A stretch of 64,000 bases of DNA from an uncultured Hormoscilla sp. (GTDB lineage Bacteria > Cyanobacteriota > Cyanobacteriia > Cyanobacteriales > Desertifilaceae): positions 2,784,001 through 2,848,000 of the forward strand of contig OZ001293.3 of the NCBI GenBank assembly GCA_963921275.4. Direction: 5' to 3'. The notes beneath the pieces were generated by a model that saw nothing but the letters and a program-made list of their open reading frames with translations, was not told the origin of the DNA and made no database searches. Shown piece after piece: positions 54,275 to 64,000 of the stretch (position 1 is the stretch's first letter; each line of letters starts with the position of its first letter). The position numbers and the translations under genes are program-made.

Positions 54275-55397
54275 ATGAGGCCGCTAGCTCAACTACGCCA
54301 GGAGTTCTTGGAATCCATAGCCGGAAAATACTTAAACGATTCTTCCCGAGAGGTCCAGAGAGTATTTATGACTAGATTCGCCTATGATAATCAGTTCAAG
54401 AAGAATGACGATCTGGCTAAAACTCTGGGAAAAGAGCCTGTCACTTTTCCCAAACAGTTGAGTGCTGTATACCAAGCGTTCGCCTTGGATGCTGGTCCGA
54501 TCGATGGTAGAGGGGCAAGAAAACAAAAGGCACTGGAATTATTCCGTTGGTTGTGGAACGATCGCTTCCCTGAGTAGCAAAAGCACCAGGGAATTGTCCC
54601 GCAAGCCGGTTCAACACAGAACGGGCATGTGGTTGGAGGATCCAGAGGGAGCAACTGAACCAAAACGCAAATTGACGATCGAGTTGCAAGAGATTAGAAA
54701 TATAGGTATGGTCAAGAGTAAGACGAAAAAGGAGCTGGTTCTCGATATCGATCAACTTACCCTGGAAGAGCTACAGGCTATTAACGAACTTCTGAAAAAA
54801 CTGGCGGGCGATGACTCAATGAAAATTGAAGGAACCAAGCAAGGTAGTGTTGTCCTAGTATTGGGAGGTTCCGAAGCAGGTCTCGATCGCCTTGAGTATC
54901 TGGTAAAATCAGGACAGCTCACGGAGTTGTTGGGAATTCCGATTAAGGAGATCCGGGACGAGAAACCGGTAACATTGAGCCAGTGGTTTCGGGGGATCTT
55001 TGAAGCTGGTTGGCAGCAGGTGGAAGATTTGCTGACTCCACAGCAGTTAAGTGCAACTGTGTGGAGCGATCGCCTGGAACGTGCTAAACTGATTAACTGG
55101 AGGGCTGACTTACTCAGTCACGCTGTTGTTTTACTCGTCAACCTGAAGCGGGAGAGCGAAGATATTGTTACTGTCAGACTCAAGCTGTATCCCACCGGCG
55201 AGGACAGTTATTTACCAGAAAATCTCCAATTGCAGGTACTGGTTGATGCCGATGGCGAGGAGGAGGTTTTTGAAGAGGTTACGGCCAGAAGTGCCGATGA
55301 ATGGATCCAATGTACGTTTGATGCCGAACCAGAAGATGAATTTACTGTTAGACTGGTATTGGGAGAGGCGATCGCCACAGAAAAATTGGCGGTATAG
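54275..55397 (+). pseudogene. HTH-like + DUF1822 protein split by a stop/frameshift near 54575
   Basis: VTLSQWF...AGWQ...YLPENLQL...WIQ DUF1822 pattern. Confidence 0.7.
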
Positions 55398-55755
55398 TTG
55401 ACAAGATGTTGTCGGATGGGTTAAGGTAATGGAAGGTAGGATTCCGTTCTCTCGTTCCCTGACTCAGGCAGGGAACGCGCATCTAGAGGCTCAGCCTCCG
55501 GAGGAAATAAACGAGAGGCAGATATGGCAGAAGATGCATTGACTGTTAGACTGGTATGAGGAGAGGTGATGGTCACAGAAAAATTGGCGATCTAGTTGAC
55601 AAGATGTTGTCGGATGCGTTAAGGTAAGAGAAGGAAAGAACGGTAGTAGGGTTGGTGAGGGGTTGGGTAAGGGGCCTCAACCCAACCGACGAGAGGGTCG
55701 TGAGACAAACCAACCGAGATAGAGAATATTATTGATAAGGGGGAAGGGGGAAGTT

Positions 55756-58127
55756 ATGGCTAAGTTGGTTAACATATATAGATGTAATTTTGACGATGGG
55801 TTCTCGGTAAGAGCAGAAATAAAGGAAAAATATGACAGATAGCCAGTCTCCTCGGAACGGGCGATCGCCTCTGACAGGGGCAGATTACCAGCAGCGCCAT
55901 ACCTGCGGGAAAAAATCGGCAACTGGCAGAACATATATCAGAAGGTAGTCTCAAAAAATTTCGATCTAAAGCGACAGGCTTCTGTTACGAATTCTAGGGA
56001 TGAAGAAAAGGCTAAGAAAAAGGCTGGTGATGATTGCAGGAAAGTGACGGCAGATTTGAAAAGTAGCTTGAATGGGTGGCTGGAAGAGCGGGAATTTCGT
56101 CCCATAGATTCGTTGTTGCGCAACCACTTAAAGGCAGATAAGGAAATTTGGGTGCTGCTGGAAACGGATAATCATTGGTTGCGAAAACTGCCTTGGCAGG
56201 AATGGACGCTAATCCGGGATTTTCCCCAGGCAGAAGTTGCCCTCAGTTCGCCTAAGTTTCAGAGAGTGAAGCAAGTAGCAGACTCCGAGTCAAAGAAGAA
56301 GACAAAAATTTTGGTAATTTGGGGATATTATAACGAAAATAAAGGAGAACCACAGGCAATTGAGGAACAAGCACGGGCAATTGAGGAACTGGCACAAAAG
56401 ATAAATGCCGAGGTTACCTGGCTACACCAACCGTAACGAAGGGATTTAGATGAACCTATGGAAAAAAAAGTGGGATATTCTATTCTATGGAGGACATGGT
56501 GACACCTCGGATAAGGACCAGGTAGGTAAAATTAGAATTAACAAAGAAGATTGGCTAAAAGTATCGGATATCAAGAATCATCTCAAACGAGCGATAGATT
56601 ATGGGTTGAAGTTGGCTATTTTTAATGCCTGCGATGGCTTGGGATTGGCATATCAGTTGGCGGATGGGGAAGATTTACATTTGCCCCAGGTGATTGTGAG
56701 GCGGGATTGGTTGCCAGTTCCTCTAGCGCCTCTATTTTTAAAGGGCGTTGCACAATTACGAGATGATGGGCATAGTTGCAGAAGTCTTAAACCTAGACTA
56801 CAAGCCAGTTTCAGTTATGTGCAAAAAAGGGCATCATCCCCAAAATGTGCAACGCCTTTTAAAGTATTTTCTGGAAGAATTTACTCAGGGCAAGTCTTTG
56901 TATGCTGCGGTGAGGGAGGCGCGGGGGCGGTTACAGATTTCCGAGGATGAATATCCCGATGAATATCCCTGTGCCAGTTGGTTGCCCGTTATTTGCCAAA
57001 ACCCGGCTGAAACTTCCCTGACTTGGCAGATGTTGGGAGGTATTCCTGCTTGTCCCTACCAGGGGTTGCGGGCTTTCGGGGAAGAACACGCACCTTTTTT
57101 CTTTGGGCGAGAGGCATTTACAGAATTGCTGGGACCAGCGGTGAGAAGAAAATCCCTAGTGGCAGTTATTGGGGCTTCCGGGAGTGGCAATTCTTCGGTG
57201 GTTTTTGCCGGTCTTATTCCTGGTTTGCGAGAGAGGGGAAATTGGCACGTTGTTTCTTTCCGTCCTGGCAAGCGTCCGTTTGAAAATTTGGCTGCGGCAC
57301 TGCAACCACTCCTGGTTCCCAGTCTCAGGCTGGGAACGGCACCAGAGGCTCTGCCTCCAGATGAGGGGAGGGGAGGCTCTGCCTCGGGAGGTGCGTTCCC
57401 AGGTAGAACCTGGGAACGAGATGGAGGAGATGGTGAAGGAAATGGATGCAGGGGAACAACAGCTTTTCTTGGATTGTTTGCTGAAAGCGGTTAAGGGTGC
57501 TGCTTGCTTTACTCTCCTGATAACGTTGCGGGCTGATTTCTATGGATATGCCATGTCTTACCGTCCTTTTGCTGATGCGTTGCAGGGTGCTTGTCATAAC
57601 CTGGGTCCGATGAAACGGGAGGAACTCTCCGATGCTATTGTTTTGCCTGCCTCAAGCTGAACGTGCAGCTTGAGGCGGGTTTGCAGGAACGCTTGATTAA
57701 TGAATTGGATGTGGCAGGTAACAATTTACCTTTGCTGGCCTTTACTTTGGAACAACTGTGGTATAAACAGAAAAATGGTCTGCTGATTTATCGGGCTTAT
57801 GATGAGATTGGCGGAGTAGAAGAGTCTCTGGGCAATCATGCGGAAAATGTTTATTTGCTGTTGAGTGAGCCCGATCGTGATCGGGCCCGGCGAGTATTCG
57901 TGCAGCTAATTCAGCCTGGTGAAGGGACGCAAGATACCCGCAGGTTGGCGACTCGCGCTGATGTGGGTGAAGAAAATTGGGATTTGGTGACGCGGTTGGC
58001 GTCACAAGAGGCGCGGTTGGTGGTGACCGATCGCAATCTTGTTTCTGGGGAAGAAACTGTGGAAATTGTCCACGAGGCGCTGATTGGCGGTTGGGAACGG
58101 TTGAAAAAGTGGATGGACGTTGAGTAA
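55756..58127 (+). pseudogene. CHAT + nSTAND1-type ATPase, multiply disrupted, repeat tail missing
   Basis: LPWQEW, GGHG, FNACDG, CPYQGLRAF, GASGSGNSS (Walker A K>N), LRADF, LPLLAF and EIVHEAL. Confidence 0.85.
56744..56856. mobile_element. 113-bp MITE (copy 2) inside the CHAT gene
   Basis: TIR GGCGTTGCACA; 8-bp TSD TTTTAAAG. Confidence 0.92.
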
Positions 58128-58140
58128 TTTGGTCGTGAAT

Positions 58141-58536
58141 TTATGGAATATCGCAGTAAAAGGATGTTGCAACTGAAACCTTATTCTCAACAAAACACGT
58201 CAGGAGCTTTTTCGTAAGCACAAAAGCATTAGTAAAGACTTCAATGAACTCAAACCCATTATTACTGGCGTGAACAATGTAGTCTGGGAGATGTTTGACG
58301 ATAGTAGGTTCTCCGCTAATAAACTGAATTTTTTTACAGTTCATATTGGCTGCTTGAGTGATGATCTCCAGATACTTTTGAGGAGATAGAATGTTCTTTG
58401 TTTCTGGATTGGGGCCTGATTCAGCGTAACAATGTACGCATTCCATGTTACACAAAGAAGTTAACTCTAGCCAAATAAAATCTAGTTCTCCTTTAATCAC
58501 AACATTTGGTAACTCTTTAATTGCAGTAACTGTCAT
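58141..58536 (-). pseudogene. Radical SAM protein, 3'-truncated
   Basis: WLELTSLCNMECVHCY (CxxxCxxC), GEP and FTN; only about 131 aa remain. Confidence 0.8.
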
Positions 58537-58570
58537 TTTTGATCTCCGTAATTGCATTACAGTGCGTCTA

Positions 58571-58870
58571 TAGCGGATTGCATTCGGATGAGGTACAGAA
58601 GAACCCGCTATCACTGGCAGTGCCAAGCAAGGGATGTATCTCAAGTGAAATCCAGAGCAGGTAGTCGCCGGTGAGCGACTGTAGGTTTGTACCTGGCGAT
58701 CGACTGTAGGTCTGCACCTCAAGTGAAACTCGGAGCAGGTAGTCGCCGGTGAGCGACTGTAGGTTTGTACCTAGTGCTCGACTGTAGGTCTGCACCTCAA
58801 GTGAAACCCAGAGCAGGTAGTTGCCGGTGAGCGACTGTACATCTGTACCTCGTCGGAATGCCAACCGCTA
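58571..58870. mobile_element. TA-flanked 300-bp MITE containing a 78-bp tandem array
   Basis: 29-bp imperfect TIR tagcgg...gaggtacaga; units start at 58641, 58719 and 58797. Confidence 0.8.
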
Positions 58871-59076
58871 TATTTCTATCTTGCTAGCCGTGTCTACTTT
58901 TGGTGGATCATATTGAGATCACTTTTGAGATCACTTTTTTCAGGTTCCAGATGATCTATAATTGATCTAAATAAAGGAACAGATGATCTTCTGTACAAGG
59001 GAGCGCTATTTTGAGGTCGGTAAAATCGCCGAAAGCATTACTATACAAGGCTTTGGTGAATTAAAAAATTTCATGA

Positions 59077-59178
59077 TAGCGGTTTTCACCCTAGTGAGGT
59101 ACATCTCTGACAGGGCACTATTGGCACAAAAACGCTGAAGACCTATTGTTATGCACATCATCAGCTTGAAAAATGCTA
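59077..59178. mobile_element. Short MITE related to 58571-58870
   Basis: tagcggttttca...gaggtaca and a degenerate inverse ...tgaaaaatgcta. Confidence 0.6.
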
Positions 59179-59262
59179 TAGTTATCAAAAAAGGTCAGTC
59201 TATCGCATCAAAACCTTGCTGAGCAAGGCTTACAGCATTAAACAGATTAAGCGAAGAAAGGC

Positions 59263-60770
59263 ATGGCAAATACTCTCAAGTTATCTGAACAGGGGTTTGA
59301 ACTGGTGGAGGCAGCGCGAAAAAGGAAGGGCTGGAATGCTCAAGAGGATAAATGGTTTTTAGAAGCTAAGGTTGGCCCAGGTACCTTGAAGCGCTTCAGA
59401 GCAAGGCAGCCAGTTCGGCGTGAGAATTTTATTAGTTTTTGCAAGGCAGTCGGAATCGAGAACTGGGAAGATGTTGCTGAAAATCCTCAACTAGCAGTAG
59501 GAGATATCAGACCAGACTTCTTCGCTTACCACAAGGCTTGGGTTGGTAGAGACTCTCTAGTAACTCAATTAAAAGAGAAGCTAGAAGACTCTTGTCGTAT
59601 ATTAATACTCCTCGGAATCACGGGAATTGGGAAAACAGCTCTGGGTGAAAAACTAGCACTCGATCTATCGGCTCTGTTCGGGGGGGATTGGAAAAACAGG
59701 TTTCGTAGAGTAAATTTCGATCACAAAATAGGAGATACTCCTAAATCTGAAGATTTTGTTGATGTCGCCAAGGGATGGTTAAAATCATGGGAATACAATC
59801 TTAATCTAGAAGATATTCAGCCAGAAAATTTACTGCAAATTTTGCTTAAACACCTAGATGAAAATATAGTTTTTATAGTAATAGATTCCCTTGAAGAGTT
59901 ACTTACTGGTAATGAGAATGAGGGTTGGGGAGATTTTGTTGATAAATGGTGGGGTATTTTTTTTCGGGCTGTACTGTCTAGGGAATCTTTTTCAAGTCGA
60001 ATAATAATTACGTCTCAGGATTTACCATCCAAAATACCTCATTCTCGCTACTCAAACTTTTATCATTGTGAAGTTATTTACGGATTAGAAAAGCCAGAAC
60101 AGGAAGCATTGTTCAAAATAACCGGGTTTGAGATTGATGATGGATCTTCAGATTTACCCATATTAATGCGATGCGAATTGGAAGTGCTTACTTAGGGCAT
60201 CCTCTTACTTTAAGGGTCATAATAGGAGAGATATAGGAGAGATATAGGAGAGATATAGGAGAGATATGGAAATCTTTTGATGGAAATGTAAATGCTTATT
60301 GGAATGAGGTTGGTAAAGTAGAAAAAGTAGAAAAAGTAGAAAAAGATGTAGCAGAAGCAAAAGAAAACCTTAAAATAGTTGGAGAGAGTGACAATTGGGA
60401 ATTACACAAATTAACAATGGTTTTGCGTAAAGTTTGCAAAGAAACGATAGGAGAAGCTTTTAAACGCCTGAAGAAATATTCGCCAGATGGGTATATGCTA
60501 ATTTGTTCTAGTTCAAAATATCGAATTCCATTCAATAAAGAAGGATTTATGATTTCGTTTATGTATCTGAAAAAGGCTTTTCTTAAGCAGGATTGTGATA
60601 GCAAACGTCAAGAAAAAACACTAAAGGATTTACAAGATCGTTACCTTGTTGAGGAGTCTATTGAAAACAACCATAAAGTTTTTGGACAGCACAATTTAAT
60701 CCGTAGTGTAGCTTTGAAATGTAATAAGCAGTTAAAAGAAGAGTTAAAAAGCAAATACAATCTCAATTAA
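59263..60770 (+). pseudogene. HTH + NB-ARC-like ATPase, frameshifted
   Basis: WVGR, GITGIGKT, IVIDSLE, IIITSQ, then GHPLTL in a shifted frame. Confidence 0.8.
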
Positions 60771-60854
60771 TATAATATGGCAAACGATCGAAGTAAAAAC
60801 TTTTTGAAAGTTTAAATATAAAGATAACCCCAGAAGAAATCTCCATAGATTCAT

Positions 60855-61721
60855 ATGAAGACTATGCTGCTGTTGAACTTAACAAAATACGCTCCACCTT
60901 CTGATGATAACTTAACAAAAGTAAACGGTTATTTGCTTTCTTTTGGCCATCTTATTGATGCAAAAGATTGGTCAAGAGCAAGGGATGTGATTAGGTTTAA
61001 GTTGAATGACGATAATCATGTAGAGTTATGCGATCAAATAGCGATTTGGGGAGAATATTCAAAGGCATTAAAATATTATGAAAAAATTCTTGGAAAGATT
61101 GATGCAGATACTGATGTTTTCTGCCTGAATGGTATGACCAATATTTACGGTAATCAAAATGAATTTGAGGAGGGAATTAAGTATGGCGAAAAAGCTTTAG
61201 AAAAAGCTAAAGAAATTGGTAATATTTATATGGCCGCACAGTTAGCATTTAACATTGCCTGGTGTTATAATTCTCGAAAAAAATATATCCAGGCTACCGC
61301 GTTATATAACGAATCTTTAGATTTTGCACGCATGTCAAATAATAAATTCGTTGAAGCTAGAGCTTTAGAGGGTTTGTCTACTGTCAACCTATATTTAAAA
61401 AATTACGATCGGGCTATTTATTATGGACATGCAAGTTTAAAATTAGCAGAAAGTTACGACAATCTTCTTGCAAAGACAAGTTCTTTTTTGATATTAGGTA
61501 TTAGTTATCTATCTAAAAACAATTATGAACAAGCAATTCAATATACTCAGGAAGGAGTCAATCTAGCTTGCCAATCTAGTGCTCCATGTAATGAAGCATG
61601 GGGTTGTAATTTTGAAAAGATCTATTTCAAAATGGAAAAATATGAAGAAGCAGAAAAGTATTTGCAGGAAAGTTTGGATATTTTCAAAGAGCTTGGTAAT
61701 TATCGTGGTCAAAGTGCTTGA
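60855..61721 (+). CDS. TPR-repeat protein, probably damaged at both ends
   Basis: Repeated A..Y...AL..A TPR patterns. Confidence 0.7.
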   Translation: MKTMLLLNLTKYAPPSDDNLTKVNGYLLSFGHLIDAKDWSRARDVIRFKLNDDNHVELCDQIAIWGEYSKALKYYEKILGKIDADTDVFCLNGMTNIYGNQNEFEEGIKYGEKALEKAKEIGNIYMAAQLAFNIAWCYNSRKKYIQATALYNESLDFARMSNNKFVEARALEGLSTVNLYLKNYDRAIYYGHASLKLAESYDNLLAKTSSFLILGISYLSKNNYEQAIQYTQEGVNLACQSSAPCNEAWGCNFEKIYFKMEKYEEAEKYLQESLDIFKELGNYRGQSA

Positions 61722-62039
61722 AACTTTGTCTAAGGTATTCAGTGAGATTAGTGCCTACATTGAACAGAATAATCCAGTTGGGTTTCGTGCCTCAACCCAA
61801 CCTACGAAAAAATTCATATTATCCCAGACTAGCTTAACAGACCATGTTTTTAGTCGGTTTTCAACCTACTTGAGCTATTAGCCGGCGCTATCCCCCGGGT
61901 AGTGCGACTATGATGTCTTGGGGGTAGTGCGATTAGCGCGTCCCCTGGAGGGGGGACATCAAGCTCCCGGGGGATAGCGTGGGTTTGCCGGGATAAAGGG
62001 ACAGATGAAAGATCTCTCCAAACGCAATTAGCTAATATC

Positions 62040-64000
62040 TTAAGGCACTTCGATCGGGATCAGGGACTGTTCGGGAACCTGTTCGCGGAACAGTCCCTCG
62101 GAGGAAAGCACTAACACCAAGCGCAGGGGCCAATCTGGAGGTACGTGTAAATCTGCCCAGGGAACTGCTATTTCCAAACAATCCTGGAAAGCTACTTGGG
62201 CGCGGCTGGAAAGATTATACCATTGATAAAATTCCCTGGCCTCTTGAAACCAACAAGATTGCTCTCGCAAATCAATCCCGAGATGGTGATGGAACAGATA
62301 GTTCGCAGGGGCAACATCAGGCACGTCTATCAGAGGCATGGGACTGTTTGTCATCGGTCGATCGGGATAGAACCACAGCAAGTTCAACTGGTCGGGCAAA
62401 TCTTTACTCGGTTGCACGCCACTCTTAAAATCTACCCGGAGATAAAAGTTGAGGTGATCGACTCCATACCAGAGGCGCTGGATAACAGAACTTCGATGCA
62501 TGGTACCCCGCGCGCCGCCAATTTCCATCCGTCCCGCTTTATCCCACTCTTGTTCATCGACAATGCCATCGATAATGGGATGGATAAAGCTTTCCGGTTG
62601 ATGGTCTCCTCTGACCTCGTGAAGTTCCACAGGACTCCTTAACTCTGAGGGAACGGGTTCGTTCAATGCCTCGTAGATAGCAATCAAATGTTCGCGAAAA
62701 AGTTGGTCAAAAATAGCATCCTGGTTGGAAGAATGACCTTCCCCAAACCACCAAAACCAGTCAGAACCTTCGGCGGCGTAGAGGGCCTCCCAAACTTCGG
62801 GATTATTTTCTGCCGTTGCCTCGGGATGCTTCGCTAAAACTTGCCTCGCTGCTGTCAGCAAGTCCCAGGCGCGGTTTTTCGCCTTGTCTCCGATCCAAGT
62901 AGTGAAGCTGCCATCTACCCAAGAACCGCTGTGTAACTTTTCCGCTGGGATGGTTTCTAGGGGTGGGAATTGCTCGATAAATTCCGATACAGTTACTAAC
63001 TTCAGATCCTCGTGATGCGACAGGCGATCGTACAGGTTTTCTAAGAATAGCTTGCCATCTTGCTGATAGAATTCCCAGCAGTTTTCTCCATCTAAGGCAA
63101 TGGTGACTAACCAGGGTTGTGTCAGTTCCCTGCCGCCATCACCCTGTCTGTGGATCAGACTGCGCCCGATCGCCTGCAAATGTCCCACTAAATCAGCAGC
63201 AGCTTCAGCCGGTTCCATCCCCGCATAGGTAAAGCCGATCAGATCGGACAAGCGGTGGTCTCGGAAGACGATCGCCAAATCTCCAAAAGGCGTCGGCAAG
63301 CGATAAGGTTGATAGAGGTACTCTGGTTCCAGGACATTTCCCGCCTCATCTCGATGAAAGAAATGGTGGAGAGTCCAACCCAAAACCGCTTCATCCGAAC
63401 ACAGCCACTTAAACCCTTGTTTCGCTACATCTGGTAAAATCGCCGGACTGACAGATTGTTCTGAAGGCCAAAGTCCGCGCGGTTCCCGTCCGAACCTGTC
63501 TTTATACATATCCCAGGCTTTTTGTAAATGCCTAGGAATATCTGAGGCCCATTGAAATCTTTCTGCGGGCAAAGTCATATTAGGCACCGCCACCCGACCC
63601 GCATTTGTATCCGCCAGTAAGGGTAAGATCGGATGAGTGTAAGGAGTTGTCATCACCTCCAACTGACCTGCATCTTGCATTTTCCGATGTTGGGGGACTA
63701 TCCGACCTAATATTTCCCGCTGCTTAGAATATATCCGCTGTCGATCGCCCAAAGTAAAATCTTTACCCTGCTTTAACCAGCCAGCAATATCCGGGTCATC
63801 CCAGAACAGCGGGTCAAACCATGCCAGATTATGCCAAGCTAACAAATCATTGTAATCTGCTGCTTGCCAATTTTGCATACACCAAGTGCGTCCCTCTTCT
63901 TGGCGCTGATTATATAGTTGGGCGTAACGGGGATGAGGATCGATGAGAGTATGGTGATTGGCATCAAAGAAATGCTCAATGATATATTTTCGCTGTTTTT
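62040..64000 (-). CDS. GH57 glycoside hydrolase (5' end outside window)
   Basis: HPILPL, GLWPSE, ALDGENCWE and AEGSDWFWW. Confidence 0.93.
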   Translation of the reverse strand, partial: KQRKYIIEHFFDANHHTLIDPHPRYAQLYNQRQEEGRTWCMQNWQAADYNDLLAWHNLAWFDPLFWDDPDIAGWLKQGKDFTLGDRQRIYSKQREILGRIVPQHRKMQDAGQLEVMTTPYTHPILPLLADTNAGRVAVPNMTLPAERFQWASDIPRHLQKAWDMYKDRFGREPRGLWPSEQSVSPAILPDVAKQGFKWLCSDEAVLGWTLHHFFHRDEAGNVLEPEYLYQPYRLPTPFGDLAIVFRDHRLSDLIGFTYAGMEPAEAAADLVGHLQAIGRSLIHRQGDGGRELTQPWLVTIALDGENCWEFYQQDGKLFLENLYDRLSHHEDLKLVTVSEFIEQFPPLETIPAEKLHSGSWVDGSFTTWIGDKAKNRAWDLLTAARQVLAKHPEATAENNPEVWEALYAAEGSDWFWWFGEGHSSNQDAIFDQLFREHLIAIYEALNEPVPSELRSPVELHEVRGDHQPESFIHPIIDGIVDEQEWDKAGRMEIGGARGTMHRSSVIQRLWYGVDHLNFYLRVDFKSGVQPSKDLPDQLNLLWFYPDRPMTNSPMPLIDVPDVAPANYLFHHHLGIDLREQSCWFQEAREFYQWYNLSSRAQVAFQDCLEIAVPWADLHVPPDWPLRLVLVLSSEGLFREQVPEQSLIPIEVP

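Noticed and set aside
58641..58852. CRISPR array
   Set aside because: Units repeat along their whole length with no unique spacers, and no cas genes are present.
58568..58864. Multi-core RiPP precursor for the adjacent radical SAM enzyme
   Set aside because: The ORF coincides with a TIR-bounded, TA-flanked element, starts at TTG without an RBS, and stays open because the period is a multiple of 3. Not fully excluded.
452..63437. Numerous short antisense or overlapping ORFs in the track
   Set aside because: They are shadows of real genes, with no motifs or RBS support.
815..63750. Abundant GCGATCGC octamers as a novel signal
   Set aside because: This is the well-known cyanobacterial HIP1 motif.

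Overview
Cyanobacterial chromosomal window (abundant HIP1 GCGATCGC; pdhA divergent from ftn2; ccmP; sphR/sphS-like two-component pair) with heavy mobile-element load and ongoing decay. Apparently intact core genes: recJ, an inositol monophosphatase, pdhA, ftn2, a pseudouridine synthase, rodZ, malQ, NUDIX, RidA, ccmP, potA/potC, mrdA and a partial GH57. These are interleaved with at least seven group II intron copies or fragments, including a clean twintron upstream of pdhA and an intron that appears inserted into domain V of another. IS982 is intact; ISAzo13, IS1 and IS5-like elements are remnants. There are several MITE families with recognisable target-site duplications, and very small palindromic or HIP1-targeted inserts inside genes. 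Defence-like loci are a type II R-M pair, a helicase/SMC-like ATPase locus and an intact, tightly coupled HEPN + KGGVGR-variant ParA + STAND-like P-loop ATPase operon (42097-45398). That operon is the best candidate for an uncharacterised system. All calls come from reading motifs by eye; no database searches were run.
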